33,249 bases of DNA from Stramenopiles sp. TOSAG23-2 (GCA_900128395.1 LT649359.1:1-33249); one strand, 5' to 3'; counted from the stretch's first letter, positions 9,243 to 19,303 are shown. The notes: generated by a model not told the origin, from the letters alone. Numbers and translations are program-made.

Positions 9243-11342
9243 ATGGATAATAATGATGATGATGCCACGCCAAACGAGCAACAACAAACTGTATTATCTT
9301 TAAAAGGCTCATTCAATGGTTATCTCACTGTACAGGAAATGTATGATTTTATGGGCCAAATAGGAAGGGATTTAAACCCGTTTTCTTTAGGACCACTAGA
9401 AATAGGAAGGTCTACAGATGAAAAATATGTAATCAAAGCATTGTGCATTGGGCAATGTCATTCATGTGCACCTGCAACGTTATATACCGCGTTGCATCAT
9501 GGAAGAGAGCCAATGAGTATGATGACGCTAGCATATACTTTGCGTGATATTAGAGACCGCTTTAAAGCCGGTAATTTAGAGGTTACAAGTTTATTAGAAG
9601 CACGACAGTTATGGTTCATACCTATTGTAAATCCTTCAGGATATTCGAAGAATGTTGATACAGGCAAAATAAGTAAAAGTAAATATAGGAAAAACACTCG
9701 TGAAACTTGCATAAACGAACCTAAAAAGAATGGGGTAGATATTAATCGAAACTATGATTATTGCTTCTTAGGTACTACTACATCAAAAAATTGTGACGGG
9801 GATAGTAAAGATCATGGTGGTAGTAGTAATAGTAATAAAAATAATAATAATGGAAATGATAGTTCAGAGGGTGGAGTATGCCATGGTAGTAGCTCTAATG
9901 ATGGTTGTGCAGAAAAATATCGTGGGAAAAAGCCATTTTCTGAATCGGAAACGCTTGCAGTCCGTGATTTTGTTTACACGCATAATATTAGCAATGCATT
10001 AAATTATCATTCATATGGTGGGAATTTATTTTGGCCATTTTCATGCCCACATCATAGTGAAGAAAGGCGTTTGAAATGGGTTGCATCATTAATCAATATT
10101 CATCAGATTGGCAAAGAATTAGCAGAACTAAATAAATATAAAACTGGAAACGTTGTTGATATATTGCAATATTCAGCTGCTGGGGATGCGTCTGATTGGA
10201 TGTATGGCGAAGAGGGCATCGTGGCATTGACACCCGAGACTGGCCCGACGGATGAGGAAGCTGTCGAAGGAGAATTAGATGTTGATTTAGGTGGTTTATA
10301 TGGATTTTATCCCCCACCAGATAAAATAGAAGAATATGCCGATGTAAATACTGAAGCGAACATACGAATGGCATGGTTTGCTGGAGCACTATATCGTGCT
10401 CAAGTGACACAATATAAAGCAACACAAGTAACGATGAGGCAAGAGCAGATCAAGCAATATAATATTGAAATTAGTTTGCGAAATGTTGGTTTAAAAACTA
10501 ATGTAAATCGGATTATGGTAGCATTGAGTGCACAGGAAAAAAATTTAATGGGCTATCATCGCATCTTGAAAGTGAATGAATTGAGTTCTTCATCTTCATC
10601 CATATCTATATTAAAGAACAATGCATCTGTTTTTACAACATTTCAAATCAATGATAAGGATTTAGATGAAACGGGTGGTTTGAATACGCAACTATACATT
10701 GCCGTTGCTGATAGCGAGACATGTACACTATTTGCAATTAGTAATGATGGAAGCATGAGAAAAAATATTATCGGTACATCGCATTTAAGACCATGTGATT
10801 TGTGTGAATCATTTTATAGATATGAAGGATTTTTCTCACTAGACAACACAACATTGGCAACAAGCAAAGGATTCCAAAATGTTTCATTGCCAATCAAACA
10901 TGTCGAAATCATTAATAATAAAGAATATTGCAATTTAAAGTCTGAAGATTTGTCCAGATGCTCTGGGAAAGGGATACCTGTGGACAATTCGTGGCAATTG
11001 TATTTAGCTGTTAGTTTGATTGGATTTATATTTTTATTTGGTCTTGGCTTTCTCTTTGTAAAATTTCGTGTATTTTCTCGTTGTAAAGAGGAACGTCGTC
11101 GTCGTCGTAATGGATTTAAGAAAGATGATTTTGGAAATGGAACAAAAAAGAAAAAATATAAAGATATGACGGAAGTTTATGATGTCAATAGTAGCGATAT
11201 TCATATTGATGATGATGAAATTGTAGCAAAGAAGGAAAAATACAAAGATTGGGATATTGAAAATTTAGAAGATGTAGATGATGATGCTGTTGTAAGATTG
11301 GAAATGTCATCTATGCGTCATATGAACCCTGGCTTTCTTTAA
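9243..11342 (+). CDS. M14 zinc carboxypeptidase (carboxypeptidase T-like) with C-terminal transmembrane helix
   Basis: Zn ligands HHGRE and NYHSYG; also IPIVNPSGY, RKN, GVDINRNY, YRGKKPFSESET and G.ASDW.Y....ALTPE. The TM segment LYLAVSLIGFIFLFGLGFLFV is followed by a basic cluster. Confidence 0.88.
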   Translation: MDNNDDDATPNEQQQTVLSLKGSFNGYLTVQEMYDFMGQIGRDLNPFSLGPLEIGRSTDEKYVIKALCIGQCHSCAPATLYTALHHGREPMSMMTLAYTLRDIRDRFKAGNLEVTSLLEARQLWFIPIVNPSGYSKNVDTGKISKSKYRKNTRETCINEPKKNGVDINRNYDYCFLGTTTSKNCDGDSKDHGGSSNSNKNNNNGNDSSEGGVCHGSSSNDGCAEKYRGKKPFSESETLAVRDFVYTHNISNALNYHSYGGNLFWPFSCPHHSEERRLKWVASLINIHQIGKELAELNKYKTGNVVDILQYSAAGDASDWMYGEEGIVALTPETGPTDEEAVEGELDVDLGGLYGFYPPPDKIEEYADVNTEANIRMAWFAGALYRAQVTQYKATQVTMRQEQIKQYNIEISLRNVGLKTNVNRIMVALSAQEKNLMGYHRILKVNELSSSSSSISILKNNASVFTTFQINDKDLDETGGLNTQLYIAVADSETCTLFAISNDGSMRKNIIGTSHLRPCDLCESFYRYEGFFSLDNTTLATSKGFQNVSLPIKHVEIINNKEYCNLKSEDLSRCSGKGIPVDNSWQLYLAVSLIGFIFLFGLGFLFVKFRVFSRCKEERRRRRNGFKKDDFGNGTKKKKYKDMTEVYDVNSSDIHIDDDEIVAKKEKYKDWDIENLEDVDDDAVVRLEMSSMRHMNPGFL

Positions 11343-11780
11343 GATAAAAAATATAGTACGAACATATAATATGCATCATATATATGTTATATAATATTAA
11401 TATATATATATATATATATAATTAAATAATATATGAGTAAGAGAACATTTTATATATAATTATATGAGCGGAGAGAAGCGTTCGCAGAGAGAGGGGGTGT
11501 AAATGTATATTTTTTGTGATTTAAATAGATACCTCATTTTGGGAATCTATACCAGTGGTCACAAATTTTCTCAATTGCAATTTTAAGGTATAATACGGCT
11601 GAATCGTTACTAGAATTTTGACACAAACATATACTCTAGATATACATATATATTGTTAAAAAATAAAACTTTAATTTTAAAATAACATTGATTGAATGAT
11701 GACATATATTTGTTGTCTACTATATATATATATATACACACATTGTTGTCAATATAATACAACCCATATCAATCATACAA

Positions 11781-12392
11781 ATGGAACAAATACAAACGTT
11801 TGATGTATTAATATTAGGTGGTCCGAAATCTGGTAAAAAAAGATTTGCTGAAAGGTTAACGAAGGATATATATAATGAAAATGCAGCGTATAATCAAAAT
11901 TTAGGTGTTGAAACATGTGAACGTGAATCAATTGTTGATGGGATAAAAGTCATGGTGAACATAACTGTTTGTAGTGGACGTAAAAGGCATTTGCCAATTG
12001 TACAGCAATTTTATAATAAAATACATGCAGCTATAATTATGTATGATTGTTCAAATGTAGATAGTTTTAGAAAAGAAATGATATTTTGGTACAATGAAAT
12101 TAAAAGAGCACTTCCCAATGCTATTATTTTCTTAGTAGGTGCAAAAGACGATATTAAAGGACAGCTAAGAGCTATACCAGCAAAAGACGGGGATAAGCAA
12201 TCTCAAGAATTCAAAGTTAGCCATTATGTAATTAGTTCAAAGAAAAATACACAAATAACTGAAATGTGGAATGATTTAATAAGCAATATGATGGAAAATC
12301 AAGAGAAAGCATTAGCCAGTAATGCTAAAACAGATGCAGAAGATAAATTTAAAAATGAAATGGCAGAGGAAAAAACGGAGAAGAAGGAATAA
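11781..12392 (+). CDS. Divergent Rab-like small GTPase
   Basis: 203 aa. VLILGGPKSGKK (G1), NLGVE, AAIIMYDCSNVDSF, FLVGAKDD (G4) and SSK (G5); several catalytic motifs are degenerate. Confidence 0.8.
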   Translation: MEQIQTFDVLILGGPKSGKKRFAERLTKDIYNENAAYNQNLGVETCERESIVDGIKVMVNITVCSGRKRHLPIVQQFYNKIHAAIIMYDCSNVDSFRKEMIFWYNEIKRALPNAIIFLVGAKDDIKGQLRAIPAKDGDKQSQEFKVSHYVISSKKNTQITEMWNDLISNMMENQEKALASNAKTDAEDKFKNEMAEEKTEKKE

Positions 12393-12559
12393 GAAGAAAC
12401 AAGTGAATGATGTGTACTTCGTATACAATTATTTCTATTTGGTGGACGCACGAAGTTCGATAATACATCAAATATATGTATTTATATTTATATCTTAATG
12501 AATACTATTTATTTTATATTATACATAAATACGAATACACACACACACACAAAGGCAAA

Positions 12560-12868
12560 ATGATTTTTCATCGTGGAGATTCATATGAAGGTATGCATAA
12601 AGATGGTTTCATGCATGGTAGAGGTGTTTATGCATTTGCGGATGGTAGATTGTATGATGGTGAATTCGTTAAAGGTGTTCGTGAGGGGAGAGGAAATATG
12701 ACATTTAAAAATGGAGAAAAATTTAGCGGCTTCTTTAAAAATAATTTAGAAGATGGAAATGGACGTTATCGGTTTACAAATGGTATATTTAGAGAAGGCG
12801 CGTGGCTTAAAGGAAAACGTGTCAGGTGGTTATCAGGCGATAAAATTGGAGGGATGCCAACAATGTGA
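12560..12868 (+). CDS. MORN-repeat protein (5' end uncertain, possibly a downstream exon)
   Basis: About 4 MORN repeats (YEGMHKDGFMHGRGVYAFADG, YDGEFVKGVREGRGNMTFKNG, FSGFFKNNLEDGNGRYRFTNG). The ORF is open from 12476, but that part is low-complexity and AT/CA-rich. Confidence 0.85.
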   Translation: MIFHRGDSYEGMHKDGFMHGRGVYAFADGRLYDGEFVKGVREGRGNMTFKNGEKFSGFFKNNLEDGNGRYRFTNGIFREGAWLKGKRVRWLSGDKIGGMPTM

Positions 12869-13111
12869 AAATATATTTTTATCTACCGAGAAGTATTTTG
12901 GTTTTATTCCCTAAAAATATACGAAGCGTAATAAGTTTTTTTTATGATATCATATGATACGAAAGAGTATCATACTTTCGAACCGAATCGTTAATACTTT
13001 TAAAAAACAACCTCTGCTGCTGTAGAAAAAAGAATTTATATACGACGTTCGTATAAAAAATGTAAGAAGTATATATTTTTGATATATCATACTCCTTTCG
13101 TATTTAAAAAA

Positions 13112-16100
13112 TTATTTTTTCAACTCTTCCGTCTTTCGTCTCTTTGTTGAACCAGAAGAATCGCCATCTTTATCATGTGATTTGTTATATACATTTTTTC
13201 GTTTCTTTGTTGTAGATGAGAATGAACAATTATCATTGTTATTTAATTCTAGCTCCTTGTCACTATCTTCATCGTCTTTTACAATATCGCAGTCTTCTAC
13301 TGTTAAGGAACCACGTCTTAAATTTAATATATTATATTTGCTACTAAGCTTTCTCCCATCTACACTAACAATAGAAGCATATTTGCCAAAATACTTTGCT
13401 TTGGATTGAGCAACTTTCGATTCCCATTGATATGGCTCCATTAATGAATTATTAACCCCAATCATTTGCCCATCTATATTCATTTTTCCTTCGAAAACTC
13501 TATTTCTGCATGTATATTCTATTCCTAAATATTTCTTTGCACAAAATGTACGAAAAATTTGGTTAAAGGTGGTTTTCCGTATTTTTCGTGCGTTTTGTCG
13601 TATTCGAGTGTCATTACTATTAAAGACCTCCGTAGTAGCTTTACCATTTGTAGAAAAATTTTGACCTGTTTTTGATGAACCATCATTATCGTCATTTAAC
13701 TCTGTTTCCTCGTGTGTATCATTACTTGTTAGCGACACACCTCTTCTAAATGCATATAGATCTAATTTATTTGGCATTTTTTTGCCATCAACATTTACGA
13801 GAAAACATTCTTTAAAGCGGAAAGCGGGCGTATTAATGGATGGACACTGTTTAGAAAACCATCTTGTACAAGGAAGAGCTTCATCATCATCATGACATTT
13901 AATGAGTCCGTTTGGTAAAATTTTGCCTTTTCTAATTATACCCCTACGACAAAACACAAAGCCCACGTAGCTTTTTGCTCCGAGTTTTTTACATACTTCA
14001 TCCATGCCAAATTGGACAATTCCAAATTCGCCGTGCTTTACCTCATCAACTGTTAACAAATTACTATTTTTTTTCTTTGTTGAAGTACTTGACGAAGAAT
14101 TTGACGAAGAACCATTACTATTCTCTTCCGTATCCTCTTCTTCATCATCACTACCCTCACTGCTACTATCTTCAGATGTGCTATTAGATAAATCAATAAT
14201 TTCACCACCTATACTTGGAGGTGGAGATCCTAATGGGTGTAAACTATCACGGGTGACTCTTTTCGTCACCAAATCCTCATCGTATTGAACCTCAAAAGTG
14301 CCATCAAAAAATTTATTAATGATCACTCCTTTGTGCCAATTCCCATCATACTTAATATATAACTTTTGACCTTGCGAAAAGCTAGTTCGCCTACTTTTTC
14401 TTTTTTTAGCCACATTTTTCCCTTTCCCAGACCAATATCTGGATGGGGCCTTTGTATTAATATCATGCAATTGCTCACGAATTACTGTTCGCTCATCATT
14501 ACTACCATCTAAATATCGAACAACAAATCGACCATCATATAACATGGTAATTATTTTTGCTTTAATCCATTCTGGTCCCCAGCTACATTGAACTATTTGT
14601 CCTGTCTCATATCTAGTGCGAGAACTTCTCCTAGATCCTACTTTCCTGGTTGATGAGGATGATGAAGATGAAGATGATTTAAGCAAATTTCCAGACAACA
14701 AAGATGACGATGGCGCTGAAGACAATTTCCCAACGTTGTTATTATCATGCTTATTACCACCACCACCACCACCACCACTAATTGCAATATCATTGACACT
14801 ACCGCCATCCAAGTCGTTACTTATATTGTCATTGCTATAATCATCTTTTACTAAATTAATTACATTATTGTTATCGTCTTCTTCATTTTCCTCATCAATA
14901 CTGGAATCGCCTTCATCTTCTGCTAAATTATTTTCATCCCGTTTCTCTTCCAAAATTGTAGAGAAGTCTCCTTCGTTATCATTATGCTCCTCTTCTACTT
15001 CCTCCTCCATGTTTTCCTCTCCTTCCAGTTCCTTCTCTTCCTCTTGATCATCATCACCACCACCACCACCACCATCATCTTCTTCTTCTTCCTCATCTTC
15101 TTCACCTTCTTCGCTTTCTTGTTCAGATAGTTCAGATTCTTCACTGCTTTCTTCCTCACTGCTTTCTTCTTCTTCTTCCTCTTCCTCCTCCTCCTCTTCG
15201 TTTGATTGTTCGCTTAAAGCAAGATCTTCGGTGCAGAATCCATCATCACTATCACTAGAATCTTTGCATTGTATTACACCAGTCTTTCTTAATATAGCTT
15301 GCCTAGAACTATTCAATCGTTCGATACATTTTAAACAATACGAATTGTAACTACCAGTGCGGTTTACTATTTCTAAATCATTTAAATGAACATTGCATCT
15401 TTCACATCTATTTTTACTAACAGCAACTCTGGATGTATTTCTTCGCACTCTTATATCATCATACGCATAGATTATACCAGACGAATCGGAATTACGACTG
15501 TCATCATCACCATTACTTCTCCTATTGCCACTACTATTACTACTACCACTACTACCATCCATCATATTATTAGCAGTAGTTGTTGTCGTCGTTGTCGTCG
15601 TCGTAGATGTTGATGAGGTCACGGACAATGGTGAAACACAGGAATCCTCACGGGCGCCATCATTATTTCCGTTGCAATCCCCACACAAACAATTATCAAA
15701 AAGACTTGTACTCTTGCCTGACTTTATATTTCCTTTCCAATAATTTGTAGTTAATATTTCACCTGCCTTAATCTTGCGATTAGCTACAAATGCAATTCTT
15801 GGGTGTCCTTGGTGGCTCAAAATTTTCCTTGGTTCAAGGTTGTAATTTTTACAACGATGATTTACAAAACCAGCAATATTCCTATATTTTATCGCGTCAA
15901 TATGTATATTTGCTTCGATTGACCACGTGTAAGATACGTTATCCCGTTTTTCCATCTCTTTAGTAGATATTAGCTCGCCAACGTATTCACAAATAAATTG
16001 ATTTTCTTCCACGTCCTGTAAAATTTTTATCCCAAAACCTTTTCCACCATCCTCCATAATTTGCAAATGGGTAGTAACGCCTTGATCTAAAGGACGTCTT

Positions 16101-18451
16101 CCGCAATCCTCAAATTTACCCACCGATGGTTGGTGTATACTGCCTGGAACCCAACTAGAACAAGGGCATGTATAGTTGCATTGCACGTATGCACCACTTT
16201 GTTTCCTATGCGCACATTGTTGCTCATTACGTCTATATTCTTCAAATATAGGTTTACACAGCTTTCCACTTCCATCATGACATTGACAAGCTTTTGGTGG
16301 AGTCCGGGAACATAAATCTAAATAGACATCGGAATAAACTACATTTTTCTTAATATAAACGACTGGCCCATTGCCAAGTGGCTCCATGATTGTTTTATTA
16401 TATTTATTTTTTGCATCTTCAGATTCCCACATTGTAGAACCTCTTTCCATACCTTTTGAAAAATCTAAATGTTTCACATTCCCTTTTAAATTTTTATCCC
16501 GTAATGTAATACTAGTGCTTATAGGAGAGCTAGTTGTATCTTGAGCTGTTGCCCCGTAATTCATCAATTGTAATGTCGTTTCAACATTGCCCCGTGATAC
16601 AGATGATTCCAATGCATTGAAATGGAAATTACCATATCTGCGATTAATTATACTTGGTGGTATCATAAATTTGATAACGTCATGATGATGCGGTGAATTC
16701 AAAAATGGTGATAGCAGCAATAAAAGCATGTCGATATTTCCCCTTTCGGAAGCTAAAACTATGGCATTTGGGGAAAATTCTTCGATATTGCGCGCCTTTG
16801 AACCATTGTAATTATTTTTTAAAAGCGACGTAAATGGCGAAACACATCTTGATTTTAAAAGTGTTGCCACTCCATTCATGTCGCCCGCTACGACATACTT
16901 GTTTAAAAGTTTACTGTCAGAACAGAGTGGGCAAAAATATTTGTTTGTATATTCATACTGTTCATTGTATCGATGAGCACATGAAACATGGTAAGAATTA
17001 CCACAACCATGACAATGAACGCGTGAGTCTGGATGTATTCGATCGTTTCTATAATACCCACCATCGATTTCACCGCACATAGCGCAACTGGGAAGAGGGT
17101 TCACATCAGAATTCATTTCCTCAATCAATATACATTCTCGTAGTAACATAGCATCTTCCAAAGGAAATTTGCGAAGAAATTCACGATTATTAATATCTTT
17201 ACGATCCTTTATTTGTATGTCCAACAAAGTTCTCCTAATTTTGAATTCAATTTTTTGATAAAACGTTTCGGTATCAGTAACGGAAGAACTATTGCTACTG
17301 TTATTATCATCATTATCCTCGTTTGGGAAAAACATTTTTAACTCCTCAACTATTCCATCTAATACGTCCGGCCTATTAATAAAGGCAGTTTTTTCAAATT
17401 CTTTCTGTGCTTGTAAAAATTGCAATTTAGCTTTTTTCTTTTCAGCTCGTTTTTTCTCTTGTTCTTTCTTTTTCTCTTCACGTCGTTTTTCCCTTTCCCT
17501 TCTCCTCTTTTCTTTTCTTTTTAATTTCTCTTTTCTTCTTCTTTCTTTCTCCAATGCTTTTCTTTTCTTTTCCCTGTTCTTTTCTCTTTCCTTTTCTAAT
17601 GCTTTTCTTCTCCTCTCTTTTTCCATAGCTTCATCCGCCTTTTTCTTCGCTCTTTCAGCATCAAGTTTTGCCTTTTCTTTTGCTTTTTGTTCCCTTATCA
17701 CCGCAGCCATTGCCTCTTTCTGTTTCCGGCTTTGCTCCCGTTCTCTTTCCCGTTTTATCCTCTTTTCCTCCTTTAAACGGGCTTGTTCAATGGCTCTCTG
17801 TTCTTTTATACGCGCCTGTTCTTCTGCCCTTTTTTTTCTTTCTGCCTCTCTTTCAATCCTATCTTGACGCCGTTTTTCTTCTCTTTCGATCTTATCTTTG
17901 CGCGCTTTCTCCTCCCTTGCCTGTTTCAATTGTCTAGCTATTGCTTCCTCTTTTGCTCTTCTCATTCTTTCTTCCTCAATTCTTCTTCTTTTCTCGAGCT
18001 CTAGCGCTTCTTTGGTGCGTTTTCGCTTTTCTTCTTCGCGATCCATTATTTTTCTTTTTCTTTCATTAATAGCCTGATTAATCCCGTCTTTTATAATATT
18101 TGTACTTGGTTCCGAACCAATAAGCCGTAGATGCGAGACTGGCACATGGGCCTCCCAAGGTGTCCCATCATCTTCATATCCATCAACGTTATAATATGTA
18201 CCAGCTGCAAAATTGGTATTTTCATTTAATATACGACAAGGATAATAATTACCATCGTTCCACCTGACTTCAAAAGTATATTCCGCATCCGAGTCACTTT
18301 CTTCGTTGTCATCAGTAATATTATTGTTAGTAGTAGTTGTAGTTTCTACTTCTGAGTCATTAGAATTAGTCTTTTCATCCTCGATATTTATTTTCATAGT
18401 GGTAGTAGTGGTGGTACTGTTGCTATTTGTATTTCCCATATTATTTTCCAT
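13112..18451 (-). CDS. Multidomain histone lysine methyltransferase: Tudor-coiled coil-PHD-ankyrin-preSET-SET-postSET-acidic-2xTudor-2xRAMA-like
   Basis: 1779 aa. SET motifs GKGFGI, FICEYVGE, NIAGFVNHRC and AGEILTTNY; Cys-rich pre-SET (CQC..C..C..CNYTCPC..C); post-SET CLCGDC; PHD CAMC..CHGC..H..C..CPLC; ankyrin-like ASERGNIDMLLLLL and SVSRGNVETTLQLMNYGA. Confidence 0.9.
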   Translation of the reverse strand: MENNMGNTNSNSTTTTTTMKINIEDEKTNSNDSEVETTTTTNNNITDDNEESDSDAEYTFEVRWNDGNYYPCRILNENTNFAAGTYYNVDGYEDDGTPWEAHVPVSHLRLIGSEPSTNIIKDGINQAINERKRKIMDREEEKRKRTKEALELEKRRRIEEERMRRAKEEAIARQLKQAREEKARKDKIEREEKRRQDRIEREAERKKRAEEQARIKEQRAIEQARLKEEKRIKREREREQSRKQKEAMAAVIREQKAKEKAKLDAERAKKKADEAMEKERRRKALEKEREKNREKKRKALEKERRRKEKLKRKEKRRREREKRREEKKKEQEKKRAEKKKAKLQFLQAQKEFEKTAFINRPDVLDGIVEELKMFFPNEDNDDNNSSNSSSVTDTETFYQKIEFKIRRTLLDIQIKDRKDINNREFLRKFPLEDAMLLRECILIEEMNSDVNPLPSCAMCGEIDGGYYRNDRIHPDSRVHCHGCGNSYHVSCAHRYNEQYEYTNKYFCPLCSDSKLLNKYVVAGDMNGVATLLKSRCVSPFTSLLKNNYNGSKARNIEEFSPNAIVLASERGNIDMLLLLLSPFLNSPHHHDVIKFMIPPSIINRRYGNFHFNALESSVSRGNVETTLQLMNYGATAQDTTSSPISTSITLRDKNLKGNVKHLDFSKGMERGSTMWESEDAKNKYNKTIMEPLGNGPVVYIKKNVVYSDVYLDLCSRTPPKACQCHDGSGKLCKPIFEEYRRNEQQCAHRKQSGAYVQCNYTCPCSSWVPGSIHQPSVGKFEDCGRRPLDQGVTTHLQIMEDGGKGFGIKILQDVEENQFICEYVGELISTKEMEKRDNVSYTWSIEANIHIDAIKYRNIAGFVNHRCKNYNLEPRKILSHQGHPRIAFVANRKIKAGEILTTNYWKGNIKSGKSTSLFDNCLCGDCNGNNDGAREDSCVSPLSVTSSTSTTTTTTTTTTANNMMDGSSGSSNSSGNRRSNGDDDSRNSDSSGIIYAYDDIRVRRNTSRVAVSKNRCERCNVHLNDLEIVNRTGSYNSYCLKCIERLNSSRQAILRKTGVIQCKDSSDSDDGFCTEDLALSEQSNEEEEEEEEEEEESSEEESSEESELSEQESEEGEEDEEEEEDDGGGGGGDDDQEEEKELEGEENMEEEVEEEHNDNEGDFSTILEEKRDENNLAEDEGDSSIDEENEEDDNNNVINLVKDDYSNDNISNDLDGGSVNDIAISGGGGGGGNKHDNNNVGKLSSAPSSSLLSGNLLKSSSSSSSSSTRKVGSRRSSRTRYETGQIVQCSWGPEWIKAKIITMLYDGRFVVRYLDGSNDERTVIREQLHDINTKAPSRYWSGKGKNVAKKRKSRRTSFSQGQKLYIKYDGNWHKGVIINKFFDGTFEVQYDEDLVTKRVTRDSLHPLGSPPPSIGGEIIDLSNSTSEDSSSEGSDDEEEDTEENSNGSSSNSSSSTSTKKKNSNLLTVDEVKHGEFGIVQFGMDEVCKKLGAKSYVGFVFCRRGIIRKGKILPNGLIKCHDDDEALPCTRWFSKQCPSINTPAFRFKECFLVNVDGKKMPNKLDLYAFRRGVSLTSNDTHEETELNDDNDGSSKTGQNFSTNGKATTEVFNSNDTRIRQNARKIRKTTFNQIFRTFCAKKYLGIEYTCRNRVFEGKMNIDGQMIGVNNSLMEPYQWESKVAQSKAKYFGKYASIVSVDGRKLSSKYNILNLRRGSLTVEDCDIVKDDEDSDKELELNNNDNCSFSSTTKKRKNVYNKSHDKDGDSSGSTKRRKTEELKK

Positions 18452-19303
18452 TATTATTGATATTATTTACCAAAAAATTATTACGTCGTATTACGACTAT
18501 TATATTTTATTTATATTAATATTATTATTATTACAATCATCAACTCAAAAAATATTAAAAATTTGTATAGACAATTATAACTGCTTTCACAAGACAATTT
18601 TTAATATATACAAAATGAATGGAACCGATCCGTTGATGAATGTTGATTGAAATCCTGATCCATTTTCCGAAAACATAAACAGGGGGGGCAAAAATATATA
18701 TATTTATAATAAAAATTGCACAATAATTCAAATCTTTTTTTTGTTTGTTTTTTTTTTTGTTTGTTGTTGTTGTTGTTGTTTTTGTCGGGCTTCTTTCTGA
18801 ACTTCTCGTTTTGTATACCTGGTAGACTACCAACATCAGTGACCTCCTGCGGTATAATAAGTGGTAAGTGGTAAGTGGAATATTTTGATAGCGAGAAGAA
18901 CACGCGGGATGTCCGTATAGCTCTAAATCTGGGGGGCGCGTCATAACACAACAACAGCATTTTTTTTGCGCAATCCTATTACACTTTCTTCTTCTTTGGC
19001 GTTCAGTTATAACGTCTTCTTGCCGCAACAATGCTGTGTAGTGCTAAATAGGACGAAGTAATCTATCTACATACATATTATAATATAATATATAATAACA
19101 ATAAAAATATATATTTTAGTAGTAATAATAATAATTATACTATTATTGTTACAAAACAACCTGAAAAAAAACAAAAGATAGAAGTAGATATTATTTATGT
19201 AACGAGAATTAATGTAAAAAAATAAAAGAAACACCGCGAATCAAAATAATACCTATTAATCGTATTCAAATCGATTTTTGCCGTTGAACAAAAACCAAGT
19301 CCA

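Noticed and set aside
12390-12402. TAA readthrough or alternative genetic code linking the Rab-like ORF to the donor at 12403
   Set aside because: TAA is the normal terminator of many well-conserved genes here (IVD, CLC, RSPH9), so reassignment is unsupported.
17292-18004. Plus-strand ORFs of 191, 89 and 73 aa rich in F/S/L
   Set aside because: These are antisense shadows of the E/K/R-rich helix of the SET gene.
18555-19031. 158-aa and 119-aa minus-strand ORFs upstream of the SET gene
   Set aside because: They are built from poly-A/CAA low-complexity sequence, have non-ATG starts and show no recognisable domain; most likely promoter or 5' UTR.
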